DNA of 64,000 nucleotides from Octopus sinensis (taxonomy: Eukaryota): positions 16,368,001 to 16,432,000 of the forward strand of contig NC_043012.1 in assembly GCF_006345805.1 (NCBI RefSeq), written 5' to 3'. How positions within the stretch are numbered: the stretch's first letter is position 1; each line of letters begins with the position of its first letter. A program made the position numbers and the translations under genes. Of this stretch, positions 39,723 to 51,751 are shown one piece after another. The notes under the pieces were generated by a model. That model was not told the origin of the DNA, made no database searches, and worked only from the letters and a program-made list of their open reading frames with translations.

Positions 39723-40483
39723 GCACATATATATACACATATACATACGTGCATGCATACTTATGCATGCAAGTACGCGCGTGTATAATATAGAGAGAGA
39801 GAAAGAAAAAGAAAGAGAGAAAGAAAGAAGGAAAGAAAGAAAGAAAGAAAGAAAGAAAGAAGGAAAGAAGGAAAGAAAGAAAGAAGGAAAGGATGAAAGG
39901 AAAGAAGGAAGGAAAGAAAGAAGGAAAACAAAGAAAGAAATGAAGGAAACAAAGAAAGGAAGGAAGAATGGAAGGAAGGAAGGAAGGAAAGGGCAGTATC
40001 AATAGGTGTTACATTTGAGTAAAGCAATTTCGGTAAGTAAAAGTGATATGTTTCATGACTCGGAGTGGCGCAAAAACACGTTAGTTGGTCGGTAGGATGA
40101 CTTCCTGTCAATGGGAATTAAACGAACGTGGAAAAACGACGATGTATACACCAGGCAAAAGAAATATTGTATACTAAGCTCAAAGTTACTAAGCAGGATG
40201 TCTATATGTCCCCGTGAGTATTCTACTAATCAGCCACTGTTAAAGTAAATAGTTATTATATATGTGTATGTGTGTACTATATATATATATAAGATTAATC
40301 AGCCGAAATTGCTAGGATGATCGGTTCTTGACTGAAGATGAAGGATTCGAATGTCCCGTCCGTGTTTTTTGTATCGTCTTCTAAATGTTTTACGTTCTTG
40401 TCCCAGTTTGTATTTTCTACATATAATCTATATATAATATATATATATATATATATATCTATATATATATATATATATATATA

Positions 40484-40524
<41 letters not shown>

Positions 40525-40532
40525 ATATATAA

Positions 40533-40676
40533 TAAAAAAAAAGAGTAACCACTATGTGATCGACTCTAGCACTAAAAAAGATCCGCTAGGTTTCAGCCAC
40601 AAAGAATTGTTTCCGATGAAAGTTAGCACGACTACTAGCGCAAGAGTCGACCACATAATGGTTACTCTCTTTTTTT
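40533..40676. repeat. Inverted repeat (~40-bp arms) with split hammerhead-like pieces in the spacer
   Basis: GAGTAACCACTATGTGATCGACTCTAGCACTA / TAGCGCAAGAGTCGACCACATAATGGTTACTC. The spacer has CCGATGA-A-AGT..ACT (+) and CTGAAACCTAG (-). Confidence 0.75.
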
Positions 40677-40781
40677 ATGTATAAATTTATCGTAATCCAT
40701 GTTTTTATGCACTAAGCCACTTAGTGTTTAATGGATGTACTATTAAATTAGTATCCAATTTTCTCCACCTTATTAGTTGAT

Positions 40782-40858
<77 letters not shown>

Positions 40859-41016
40859 TAGTAACAGAGACAGTATTAATACCGACGTAGCTACTTAGAC
40901 GTGAATGTTCCGTTAGAACAAACTATACTGCGGCAGATACCACAAGAGAAAGTTCCACTCTGGATTTGGTACAAAATGCGGGGAGATAAATCCTTGCCAT
41001 CTCCACGACTGAGAGC

Positions 41017-41059
41017 ACCAGAACATGTGGTTTCGACCTTCCTTGGTCTCGTCAATGAT
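41017..41059 (-). ncRNA. Degenerate type-I hammerhead motif
   Basis: Reverse complement AUCA-UUGACGA-GACC(AAGGAA)GGUC-GAAAC-CACAU-GUUC-UGGU; C3U change and one extra nucleotide at the cleavage site. Confidence 0.6.
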
Positions 41060-41209
41060 AGACGTCCGACTGCTAGAGACAGCAGCGATTCATACCCCGC
41101 CCATGATATATAGAATTATAGTGCCAGAACAGGCGCTGGTGTCGCGATTAGCCAGTGAACTTCTTAACATACATACGTACATATATGTATATATATACAT
41201 ATGTGTGTG

Positions 41210-41264
<55 letters not shown>

Positions 41265-41270
<6 letters not shown>

Positions 41271-41428
41271 ACAATAACCTTTGGATGGAATTTAGAAATA
41301 TTTAATACATCGCTACGCGGTGCGTTTCCACAAATCATATGTCTCGTAAGTTCATGTGATTTGTGAAAACGCGCGTAGCGATGTATTAAATGTTTCTAAA
41401 TTCCATCCATGGATTATTGTTATTATTA
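41265..41428. repeat. Near-perfect hairpin (~76-bp arms, 11-nt loop) carrying the 3' half of a hammerhead
   Basis: GGATGGAATTTAGAAATATTTAATACATCGCTACGCG / CGCGTAGCGATGTATTAAATGTTTCTAAATTCCATCC; contains GAAAAC-GCGC-GTA. Confidence 0.9.
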
Positions 41429-41444
41429 CTATATTTATTCTACA

Positions 41445-41812
41445 TATTCTTTTCTACTCAAGGCACAAGGCCTGAAATTTTGGGGGAGGGGCAGTCGATT
41501 AGATTGACCCCAGTGCGCAACTGGTACTTAATTTAACAAATCCGAAATGATGAAAAGCAGAGTTGGACACAGTGGAATTTAATTTCAGAACCTAAAGACA
41601 GACGAAATACCTATTTCTTTACTTTCCACAAGGGACTAAACACAGAGGGGACAAACAAGGACAGACAAACGGATTAAGTCGATTATATCAACCCCGAAAG
41701 GATGAAAGGCAAAGTCGACCTCGGTGGAATTTGAACTCAGAACGTAAAGACAGACGAAATACCGCTAAGCATTTCGCCCGGCGTGCTAACGCTTCTGCCA
41801 GCTCGCCACCTT
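41445..41812 (-). mobile_element. SINE family B, dimeric subfamily
   Basis: Same linker and duplicated body as 9047-9452. Confidence 0.85.
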
Positions 41813-41987
41813 ATATTGGTACAGCTCGATGCAACCTCAAAACCTATAGTTAAGCTCCAGGTTCAGTGATTATGCGAAAGAGTAGTCCAACGTAGGTCAT
41901 ATATAAGCATGCATATATATATTAAAAAATTAACAGTATGAGATAAAAATCCAAGGATGTGAAAGACTTCAGAACATTGATAAATAG

Positions 41988-42035
41988 GTCTTGCAGCTGT
42001 TTCCGGGATATTTTATATAGCCCTTCATCAAAGAC
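41988..42035 (-). ncRNA. Degenerate type-I hammerhead (left arm)
   Basis: Reverse complement GUCU-UUGAUGA-A-GGGCUAU(AUAAA)AUAUCCC-G-GAAAC-AGCU-GCA-AGAC. Confidence 0.6.
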
Positions 42036-42245
42036 GGTGTGAGAAGATGGTTAAGCAATAGTTATTCTAGATAAGATATGAAATAGAGAGTGATGTGGAG
42101 GAAGGAAAATAGAAGTGAGATATTCAGGGATATTGTACCTGTAGATCCATTATTTTGGCAGAATGGTATACATATAAGAATCCTGTAATTTGTGAGTAAG
42201 TTCCAATAGTATTTAAATACTATTGCTTAACCATCTTCTCACACC

Positions 42246-42293
42246 GTCTTCGATGAAGGGATATATAAAATATCCCGGAAACAGCTATAAGAC
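42246..42293 (+). ncRNA. Degenerate type-I hammerhead (right arm)
   Basis: GUCU-UCGAUGA-A-GGGAUAU(AUAAA)AUAUCCC-G-GAAAC-AGCU-AUA-AGAC: 7-bp stem II and palindromic AGCU loop III. Combining both arms implies an ancestral GUA triplet. Confidence 0.65.
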
Positions 42294-42469
42294 CTATTTA
42301 TAAATGTTCTGAAATCTTTCACATCCTTGGATTTTTATCTCATACTGTTTATATATATAATATGATATGTGTGGCAATTAGTCAGTTGCCATAATAAAAC
42401 TCAGAGTTTTGGAAGTCGAGGCGGAGCTATGAGAGTGACTGTTAAATAAAATATATAAAAAATATATAA

Positions 42470-42905
42470 AACTATAAAAATATATATATGTAAGGAATGA
42501 ATTGTTTGTACGTGGACACAATATAAAAAGCAGGTTCTATCTGTGATCTTGGGGGGAACCAAAAATGTAACAAATATTTAGCCATATGTGAACATGGTCC
42601 AAAAAGTTCAGTTCTGGAATTTAGACATGTAGCGGTGTCTAAGCTGCTTTTCTAGATGAGCCATTTTTCCATATCACAAAGACCACACTTCCTACTTGTG
42701 GTATGGAAAGATGGCTCATCTGGAAAAGCAACTTAGACCCCAATACATGTCTAAATTCAAGAACTGAACTTTTTGGATCATGTCCACATATGGCTAAATA
42801 TTTGTTACGCTTTTGGTCCTCCCATGATCACAGGTAAAACCTGTTTTTTATATTGTGTCCACGTACAAGAATTTCATTTCTTACATATATATTTTTATAT
42901 TTTTA
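42470..42905. repeat. Long fold-back (~210-bp arms, 16-nt loop)
   Basis: ...GATGAGCCATTTTTCCATATCACAA (to 42679) versus TTGTGGTATGGAAAGATGGCTCATC... (from 42696); pairing continues to the AT-rich ends. Confidence 0.92.
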
Positions 42906-43347
42906 CATATTTATATATATATATATATTTTTATATAATTTATTGCTTTATATATTTTTATACATTTTTCTGTACGTTACCTTTCACCCTGCATATTTGT
43001 ATATGTGCGTATAGGGACGTGTATATGAACATAATTGTGCGCGTATAGTATATATACGTGTGTGTGTGCGTGTGTGCGGGTAAGTATACATGTGTATGGA
43101 TGCATGTATATGTATACATATAAGTATGTGGGTGGGTGTGCACGATTGTGTTTCACGTGAGTGTGAGTGAGCATATGCATATATGCACATGCATGTGGGC
43201 GTACGTGTGCGCATGTGTATCTATGTGTGTACATGCGCGCACACGCGGATTCTATGAACGTGGGTTTACTTTTTCGAGTACTTTTACTTTTTCCCTATTC
43301 GAGTAATTTCCCTTTATTTAACATTTTCATAGCATTTTTGTTTGTCT

Positions 43348-43410
43348 TAATAACTGACGAGATGCCGGAGTAGACGTCCGCTCCGATATCCGAAACACTG
43401 AGTTTTATTA
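43348..43410 (+). ncRNA. Type-I hammerhead motif with long stem II
   Basis: UAAUAA-CUGACGA-GAUGCCGGAG(UAGACGUCCG)CUCCGAUAUC-C-GAAAC-ACUGA-GUU-UUAUUA; 6-bp stem I. Its 3' half recurs inverted at about 42365-42426. Confidence 0.75.
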
Positions 43411-43526
43411 TGGCAACCAAATAATTGTCACATATTATAGATAAATTCCTCTATTTACATAATAGTGAAGTCTCATTCATGCTTTTGTTCTCATATTAAC
43501 ATGATTAATATATATTTATATATAAG

Positions 43527-43673
43527 AGACTTGCTTCCCTACCACATGGTTCTGGGTTCAGTCCCACTGCATAGCCCCTTGAGCAAGTCTCTTCTACTAT
43601 AGCCTCGGGCCGACCAGAGCCTTGAGTGGATTTGGTAGATGGAAATTGAAAGAAGCCCGTCATAAATACATAC

Positions 43674-43762
<89 letters not shown>

Positions 43763-43993
43763 TATATATATATAAGCATATGTATGTGTATCTATGTCCC
43801 CCGATCATTGCTTGACAACCGAGGTTAGTGTGTCTACGTTCTCGTTACTTAGCGTTTCGGCAAAATAGACAGATAGAAGAAGTACAAGGCTTACAAAGAA
43901 TAAGTCCTGGGGTCGATTTGTTCGACTAAAGGCGCTGTTCCAGCATGGCCGCAGTCAAATGACAGAAACAAAAAGGTAAAAACGTAAAAGAGA
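43527..43993 (+). mobile_element. SINE family A
   Basis: Match through head remnant, CORE-like domain, (TA)n and tail. Confidence 0.88.
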
Positions 43994-44179
43994 ATATATA
44001 TATCCTCCATCTGTTTTCGACGAGGAGTCTTTTTTCATTTGTTGGGCCAACTGAATTATGTAATGTATTAGAGTGTTACTGGCTGCTACACGTTTACTCT
44101 TCGTTTAATTCTTGGCTGTTGTCAGTGTGAAATGGTGTGTAACAAAGTTAAGCTTCTGAATCACTGTAGAGAATAGTTT

Positions 44180-44540
44180 TAGGTTCTGAGTTCAAATTCC
44201 GCCGAGGTCAACGTTGTCTTTTATTTTTTAGAGGTCGATAAAATAAGAACTGGTAAAGTACGTACCAGTTGAGCTCTGGGGTTGATGCAATCGACTTACT
44301 CCTCACCTTAATGTGCTGACCTTGTGTCTATAGCAGAAAAAGAGGGGAGGGAAGTGCCATTTCTTAACAGTCTGAGTTCAAATCCCATCTTAGTCTGCTT
44401 TCCTTTTCACCCGTTCAGAGTTGATATAAAAACATAAAAAAAAGAACCAGACAACCATTGGGTTCATTGTAATTGACAAAGCTACCCGACTAAGCTACCC
44501 GACAAAGTTTCAGGTCTTGTGCCGATAGCAGAAAGAATTT
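44180..44540 (+). mobile_element. Two diverged tandem SINE family B bodies
   Basis: TCTGAGTTCAAAT... units ending CTTGTG..ATAGCAGAAA. Confidence 0.7.
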
Positions 44541-46091
44541 GAAAGAATTATTCACCAACGAAGACTATAGCTAGTTTCCTCGAATCCAACTGTTTTACTA
44601 AAGCAATATTGACTTTTCTATACATCTAGTGTTCTTAGAGACCTACATATACTTTGAAAGTCGTTCCAAGTTTTCACAATCACAACCGGATGTGAAAATG
44701 AAAATAAAAAAAACACTCTACATATGCTTTTTATTGCATTGAAAAATTTGCTAAATCAGATAAAAAAAAAAAGACGTTTCACTGATATATTGCAGACTAA
44801 GTTGTATCAGCATTCGTTCGTTAAAACTCACGTGTTTTATAAGCAGACTTTGCTAAGAGAGTGTTGCTGATTGTTGTTGTTGCTGATTGTTGTTGTTGCT
44901 GTAGTTGTTGTTGCTGTAGCTGCTGCTGGTCTTGTTACTGCTACTACTAAGGCCTTGTTGTTTAGCGCAACGTGGAGACGAATAATCCGACGTGATTTCA
45001 GACATAGTACGTCTTGAACTACATGTGCCCTGCTTTGTTTAAAACGGAAGGAAGTCCTTTTAGGGAGCTCTAGCTGATACATTGCTTTATCTACCATATT
45101 CAACAACTGCCATAAGACATCTCTTTTAATAGTCAGAAATCAGGAGGTACTTCCGGTCTTTGTTTTATTGTCTATTTTTGTTTTTTGTTTTTCTTAAATT
45201 AAATATACTAATCAACAAAGAGACATTCTGTATCTCATTCTGAGGAAACAATAGAAAAATAAAGTGCCTGATTCTCTTCTGCAGGCTGGCCAACGCATAG
45301 AAAAAGAAACGATTTACCTTAGGTACACCTCAGCTACAGTACATACGGTTAAAAGCTTGAAAACACCCGTTGCTCACACTTGGCCGTCTTCCATCTTTCT
45401 CTTCCTCACGTGATCATCCTTCTTTTCTTTCAGGACTGTCGTAATGACAGCACGTATCCTATCTCTCTCTTCTATTTTTTTCTCTTGTCAAAGAAAATAT
45501 TTCTCCAGTGTTCGCTATTTTACCCTCGCTCTGGTCTAACGACCCTCCATTTTAGCTTTCGTTCGGTTTCCTTCTATGTCTCCACTGTCCTGTTTTTGTT
45601 CCTAACTTCGACCCTCCATAAGTCCCAAGTTTTATTTTGGCAGTTATGGGAGCAACTGTCTTCAAAGACTCTATTGTCATTAAATGCTCGAAATGAAGAA
45701 TAGACAGACAGTTGACAATTGAGGAAGTGTCGTTCTTTATGTTACTTGTCCTGTTTTCCATTTGTTTCTCTCGTTATTTGCGTATTGAACTAATTTGTTT
45801 TCATATTTCATGTTGTTTACTGTTTGTGACGTCCCGTACCCATATATACATACGTATGTATATATATAATATATATATATATATATTATAATATATATAT
45901 ATATATATTATATATATATATATAGATATATATATATAGTCTATACATATATATATATATATATTTCTTTATATGAGTTCGTGTGTTGAAGCATATTCTA
46001 TTGTGTCTGGGGAGAGTCATTTTCTTTTTGTGCCTCACCGGTAAAATTTACTCACCGGTAAAATTTCCACGTTTTTCTTATTTTTATTGTC

Positions 46092-46128
46092 CTAAAATTT
46101 TCGTTGCGTCTTGCAACCTTTTCAATAG
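46092..46128 (-). ncRNA. Minimal hammerhead motif with U3:A8 core covariation
   Basis: Reverse complement CUA-UUGAAAA-G-GUUGC(AAGAC)GCAAC-GAAA-AUUU-UAG. Confidence 0.6.
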
Positions 46129-46305
46129 TTTTGACTTTCTTATGAATTAACACCGAAATTGGGACCAATACGGTTATAACGGAATTTTTTTAGAAATTTC
46201 TATCGGCATGTTCCGAGATGCATAAATTATAATGGTTATTGACAATTTTGTATTTTTTTCGGCATATTTGGCATTAGAATTTTTCCCTTTACCTTATTTT
46301 ATAAG

Positions 46306-46375
<70 letters not shown>

Positions 46376-46410
46376 TATATATATATATATGTATGTATAT
46401 ATATATATAG

Positions 46411-46591
46411 CTGGACCCCACCTACAAAGTCATGCGCTGGTAGTTTTGATATGATATCACATGTCGCGCACATATAGTTGTGATGCATGTGCCTGGTGTA
46501 CCCTTATCAGACGGGTAGTCATGGTAGGTATACAGAGCTTCGTATATTTTACCCCAGTGTCACTTTGATGGCATGCACTGCTCTCTCACTC
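46411..46591 (+). mobile_element. 5'-truncated copy of the 47300-47801 element, followed by (AAT)n
   Basis: Shares GATGCATGTGCCTGGTGTACCCTTATCAGACGGG...GCACTGCTCTCTCACTC-AATAAT. Confidence 0.85.
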
Positions 46592-46603
46592 AATAATAAT
46601 ATC

Positions 46604-46674
<71 letters not shown>

Positions 46675-46680
46675 TAATAA

Positions 46681-46942
46681 TATGAGAATGATCCCTGGCT
46701 TACCATCCCTGCAAGAAGTGCAAAAGATTGTCTTAACTGGTACATCACACGTATTGAGAAGAGCATTGTCGATGTGAGAACTGTTGCTGCTCATGTATTT
46801 TAATTTAACTTTAAAAAAAAAAATGAACGAACTACTGAGTTTGGTTTAATGGCCTACCAATGTATACTATGAGTTTCTTTGCCCTAGGAGTCGGGAAGAC
46901 ACTCGGCAAGAAATGGAAGCAAATTTGAAAGAAGAAAAAAAA
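46681..46942 (+). mobile_element. R4/Dong-like LINE extreme 3' end
   Basis: RMIPGLPSLQEVQKIVLTGTSHVLRRALSM* plus 3' UTR, between (TAA)n tracts. Confidence 0.75.
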
Positions 46943-46965
46943 GTAATAATAATAATAATAATAAT

Positions 46966-47223
46966 ATGAAAACAATTGTGCTTATAATAATTGGTGCAGT
47001 GGGAACTGTAAGCAAAGATATTGACAAATGGTTGAAGGAGATTGGAATAGAATGTCTTGTAGAGCTTCTACAGAAAGTTTGTCTTTTAAGGACAGCAAGA
47101 ATTATCAAGGTTCTAAACACTTGGAAGACAGACGAAAACTTGTGGATAACTAAGGTTACAGGCTGTAACCTGTGACCCCTCCATAAATCCTACCAGGAAC
47201 AAGACCGAACCTAAGCCAAACCA
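46966..47223 (+). mobile_element. R4/Dong-like LINE 3' end, another family
   Basis: IIIGAVGTVSKDIDKWLKEIGIECLVELLQKVCLLRTARII, between (TAA)n tracts. Confidence 0.8.
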
Positions 47224-47246
47224 TAATAATAATAATAATAATAATA

Positions 47247-47280
<34 letters not shown>

Positions 47281-47299
47281 TAATAATAATAATAATAAT

Positions 47300-47801
47300 G
47301 GAAGTGTTATCATGTACATTGTTTTGTCTTGGTATAAAAGATGGGCTACAGCAAATATTCTGCTCAATATCACAGATTTGCTTGTCAGTTGTTTGACCTT
47401 AACCAGTTGAGCATGTCCCTTGGTGGCTGACGATATGTGCATCTCTGATCACGAGCAGAAGTAGTTGGGGAGCATCATAGCCATGTGTTGAGAGGGATTC
47501 TTTGGGGTTTGAATAATTCACCTCTGGAAACATGGGTGGTTCTTTCAACATCCTTAAACAACCCTTATTCAGGGACCTTTTGAGCGGGATGGGCTACTCA
47601 ACCTGAAGAAAATTCTAACTAGGCCCCACTTGCAAGGTCATGTGCTGTTTATCTTGATATGAGATCACAATATCGCGCACATATGGTTGTGATGCATGTG
47701 CCTGGTGTACCCTTATCAGACGGGGAATTCTTGATGGGTATACTGGGTTTCGTATATTTTACCCCAGTGTCACTTTGATGGCATGCACTGCTCTCTCACT
47801 C
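47300..47801 (+). mobile_element. Non-coding (TAA)n-inserted retroelement 3' segment
   Basis: (TAA)n on both sides; the shorter copy at 46411 shares the identical 3' end, a 5'-truncation pattern. Confidence 0.75.
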
Positions 47802-47870
<69 letters not shown>

Positions 47871-47936
47871 AAGAAGAAGAAGAAGAAGAAGAAGAAGAAG
47901 AAGAAGAGAAGAAGAAGAAGAATGATAATAATAATG

Positions 47937-47975
<39 letters not shown>

Positions 47976-48794
47976 TAATAATTTTTACTGCTGATAATAA
48001 TAAAACAATCATCATGTAACATTAATAACACTCACGTTTCCCGGATCGGTGTTCGCTATAATTTCAAACACAGAAGCTATTCATTCTATGTTTTCAAAGA
48101 AAGACAATTCTTTCATGCGGAATATATTTAGCTGTCATATTGATAACGATATTTTTAGTTTGGGAAAAGAGCAAAAGAATTTTTTTTTAATAGCATTAGT
48201 TACAAATATTTATATGATATCAGTTCAAATTGAAAGAGATGTTTCATATTTAAACATATGATATCGATATCATACACTCATACGCACATACATACTTAGA
48301 CACGCGCTTATATACATATGTGTGTGTATACACACATATATATATATATATACATATATGTATGCATATATATATATATATATTTATCTGTGTATACATA
48401 CATATATAATATATATATATAAACATATATATATATATATATAGGTGTGTGTGTATATATATTTCATATGCATATATATATACACATATATGTTTATTTG
48501 TATATATGCATAACACATATATACATGTTAGTGTATAAATATAACAGGTATTTTCTATTTGTGAATATATGTATGTATATGTGTATATATGTATATATAC
48601 ATATAGATATGTATGTATATGTATGTATATGTATATATATAAATATATATATCATTTATGTATATATATATATATTATATAAATTATATATATATTCGTA
48701 TGCATACATGTATGTGTGCGTATATACTTACGTATACACACAATCACACAAATACTCATATAATAATAATAATATAATAATAATAATAATAATA

Positions 48795-48839
<45 letters not shown>

Positions 48840-49580
48840 TAATAATACATATGTTCATCATCATCTCTGTAGTCTTCATCACCATCATCATCATCTTTAG
48901 CATCATCCACATCATTATCACTATAGTCATCATCATCAGTATCGTCCATCATCATTTTCATCATCATCATTTTCATTATCATCATTTTCATCTTGGTCGT
49001 CGTCGTTCTCATCCTCATCGTTTTGCTTTCGTTATTCGTCTATTGTGTAATTCTCTTTGCAAGCTTCTCCTACCGTTTGATCTCGAAAATGGATTTAGCT
49101 TTCAGTTTTCAGACGATAGATAATACGGAAGTCGAATCTTGTGATCTGTTTGATCTGCATTAGACGGATTAAACAAAATTCGATGTATTTCAAGAAAAAC
49201 ATACGAGGATGAGATTTTGTTTTTAGCTCAGAAATACCAGCAAAGAAACAAAAAAAAAATTGATATAGTTAATTAACGTTCTTTATCTAATAAATAATAG
49301 AATCCAATAGTAACGATCAGTCTGTTAGGAAAGTTCTGGATGAAATATGTCAACGATGAAATATGTGGATATAAGCTGTTGTTCTTTTTTAAACAAGTTG
49401 TTATGCTTCTTTGTGTCTATATGTATGTGTATGTTGTGTTGTGTTGTGTATGTTGCATATTTGTAGTGTGTATGCATGTGTGTGTGTGAGTATGTGAGTG
49501 TATGTGGGTAAATATATACAAGCTAAAAGTATGGAGAGTTGCATAAGATACACTGATGCAATATAGATATATATATATAC

Positions 49581-49635
<55 letters not shown>

Positions 49636-49638
49636 TAA

Positions 49639-49711
<73 letters not shown>

Positions 49712-50914
49712 CAGAGAGACAGAGATAGAGACGTGTACATATATATTTATAAAAACAGATATATTCATATTTATGTGTGTGAATATATAATATATTCATA
49801 TATGCATGTACTACATACACACATATATACATGTGTTGTGTGTGTGCGCGTGTGTGTGCGCGTGTGTGTGCGCGTGTGTGAGAGAGTGTGTATACATGCA
49901 CAAGTATACATATATATGCATACGTATTTATAAATATATATACATATATTTATATGTATTCATACGTACAGGCACGCATATATATTTATATATATGTATA
50001 TATATATTGTGTACACACACGTATATATATACATATATATACATATATATATATGGGCATGTATGTATGTATGTAGGTATGTATGTATGTACAGTTAGAT
50101 TGGTAGATAGATACAGAGAGAAATAAAAAGAGAGCTATTTATATGTACATGTATGTGTGTGTATTTGTACATATATATATGTGTGTGTGTGTGTGTGAGT
50201 ATACATGCATACATACACATATAGAGAGAAAGACACATAGAGGCACGTGCTTCTTTTGTAATGTAGTGTTTGTGTTATGTATGTGTATCTGTACTTGTGT
50301 ATGATGCAACTCTGATTCCATCCGTTGTTAATCTAAATACACAGCATGGAGTGATTTTAAAGATCATCTATTGAAGAACAAGTCAAACTACTACTTCTAG
50401 TGAATGAACGCTGAAAATAACAATTCTAGACAGTTCTAAACAACAGAAATGGTTGCTAAGGCATTCGATAATGTTCCATTGAAAATACAGTAACACGACA
50501 TTATAATTTACACATTCAATACATCGCGCCCAAGAAAATTTAAATTGATTTGCGAAACTATAAGAATTAACGGTAAAACGTCTTTATGAAAATAGCATAT
50601 GACCTAAGATTCTATGATTCTCTAACCGCAAGATCGATCTGTATTAAATAAACGTATAATGGATCATTGGCCCTCAACCATCTTTCACCTATGGAGCTCT
50701 TTGATTTCTATCTTACTCAGAACTCATAGACACTCGATACTTAGAATATCCTATATTTTTTTAATTATATATAATAAGGAATTGTATAAAAAGAACTGTT
50801 AAAATATTTTGTGCCAATTTCTTGCACATAAATGCTAGCAGTGAGATCTCGCACGGACCTCTAAAGGTCATATGAACCCCGATTGAAAACCACGGTAGTA
50901 AACAAAGATTTTAA

Positions 50915-51316
50915 TAATTCTTTTCTACTCTAGGCACAAGGCCCGAAATTTTGGAAGAGGGGGTCAGTCGATAAGATCGCCCCTAGTACGCAACTCGTGC
51001 TCAATTCATCGACCCCGAAACCATGTAAAGTAAAGTCGACCTCAGCGGAATTTGAACTCAGAACGCAAAGGCAAACGAAATGCCTATTTCTTTACTACCC
51101 ACGAGGGGCTAAACACAGAGAAGAAAAACAAGGACAGACAAACGTATTAAGTCGATTACATCGACCCCAATGGGTAACTGGTACTTAATTTATCGACCCC
51201 GAAAGGATGAAAAGCAAAGTTGACCTGGGCGGAATTTGAACTCAGAACGTAACGGCAGACGAAATACGGCTACGCATTTCGCCCGGCATGCTAACGTTCC
51301 TGCCAGCTCGCCGCCT
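50915..51316 (-). mobile_element. SINE family B, dimeric subfamily
   Basis: Inverse match to 9047-9452. Confidence 0.88.
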
Positions 51317-51638
51317 TAAAGATTTTAATTATTGGCTGTGTAATTAAGCAATTGTCTTAGAAACGGTCTAGCTTCAGGTTCAATCCCACCGCATTGCAGA
51401 TTGGGTGATTTTCTTGCTCGTAAATGATCTTGAGTTGAGGTTGACCATTAATAACCTTTGTGAGTGTAATTCGGTAGAGAGAACCAGGATAGAAGACTGT
51501 CTCCAAGAGGGCGTTTTCACTTCCTAAATGCTCGGATAATATCAGTTGATTGAAAATGATCAACTCACTATACTATATATGGGAGACCCGACCATATTTG
51601 TATTGTGTTTGGTAAAACAATTTCTTGAGATAGTTTTC

Positions 51639-51689
<51 letters not shown>

Positions 51690-51716
51690 ATACACACGCA
51701 CATATACGTATGTATG

Positions 51717-51749
<33 letters not shown>

Positions 51750-51751
<2 letters not shown>

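Larger units (their letters stand above)
41932..42349. repeat. Inverted repeat (~130-bp arms, ~155-bp spacer) with a hammerhead motif in each arm
   Basis: 41932-42062 is the reverse complement of 42219-42349. Confidence 0.92.
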
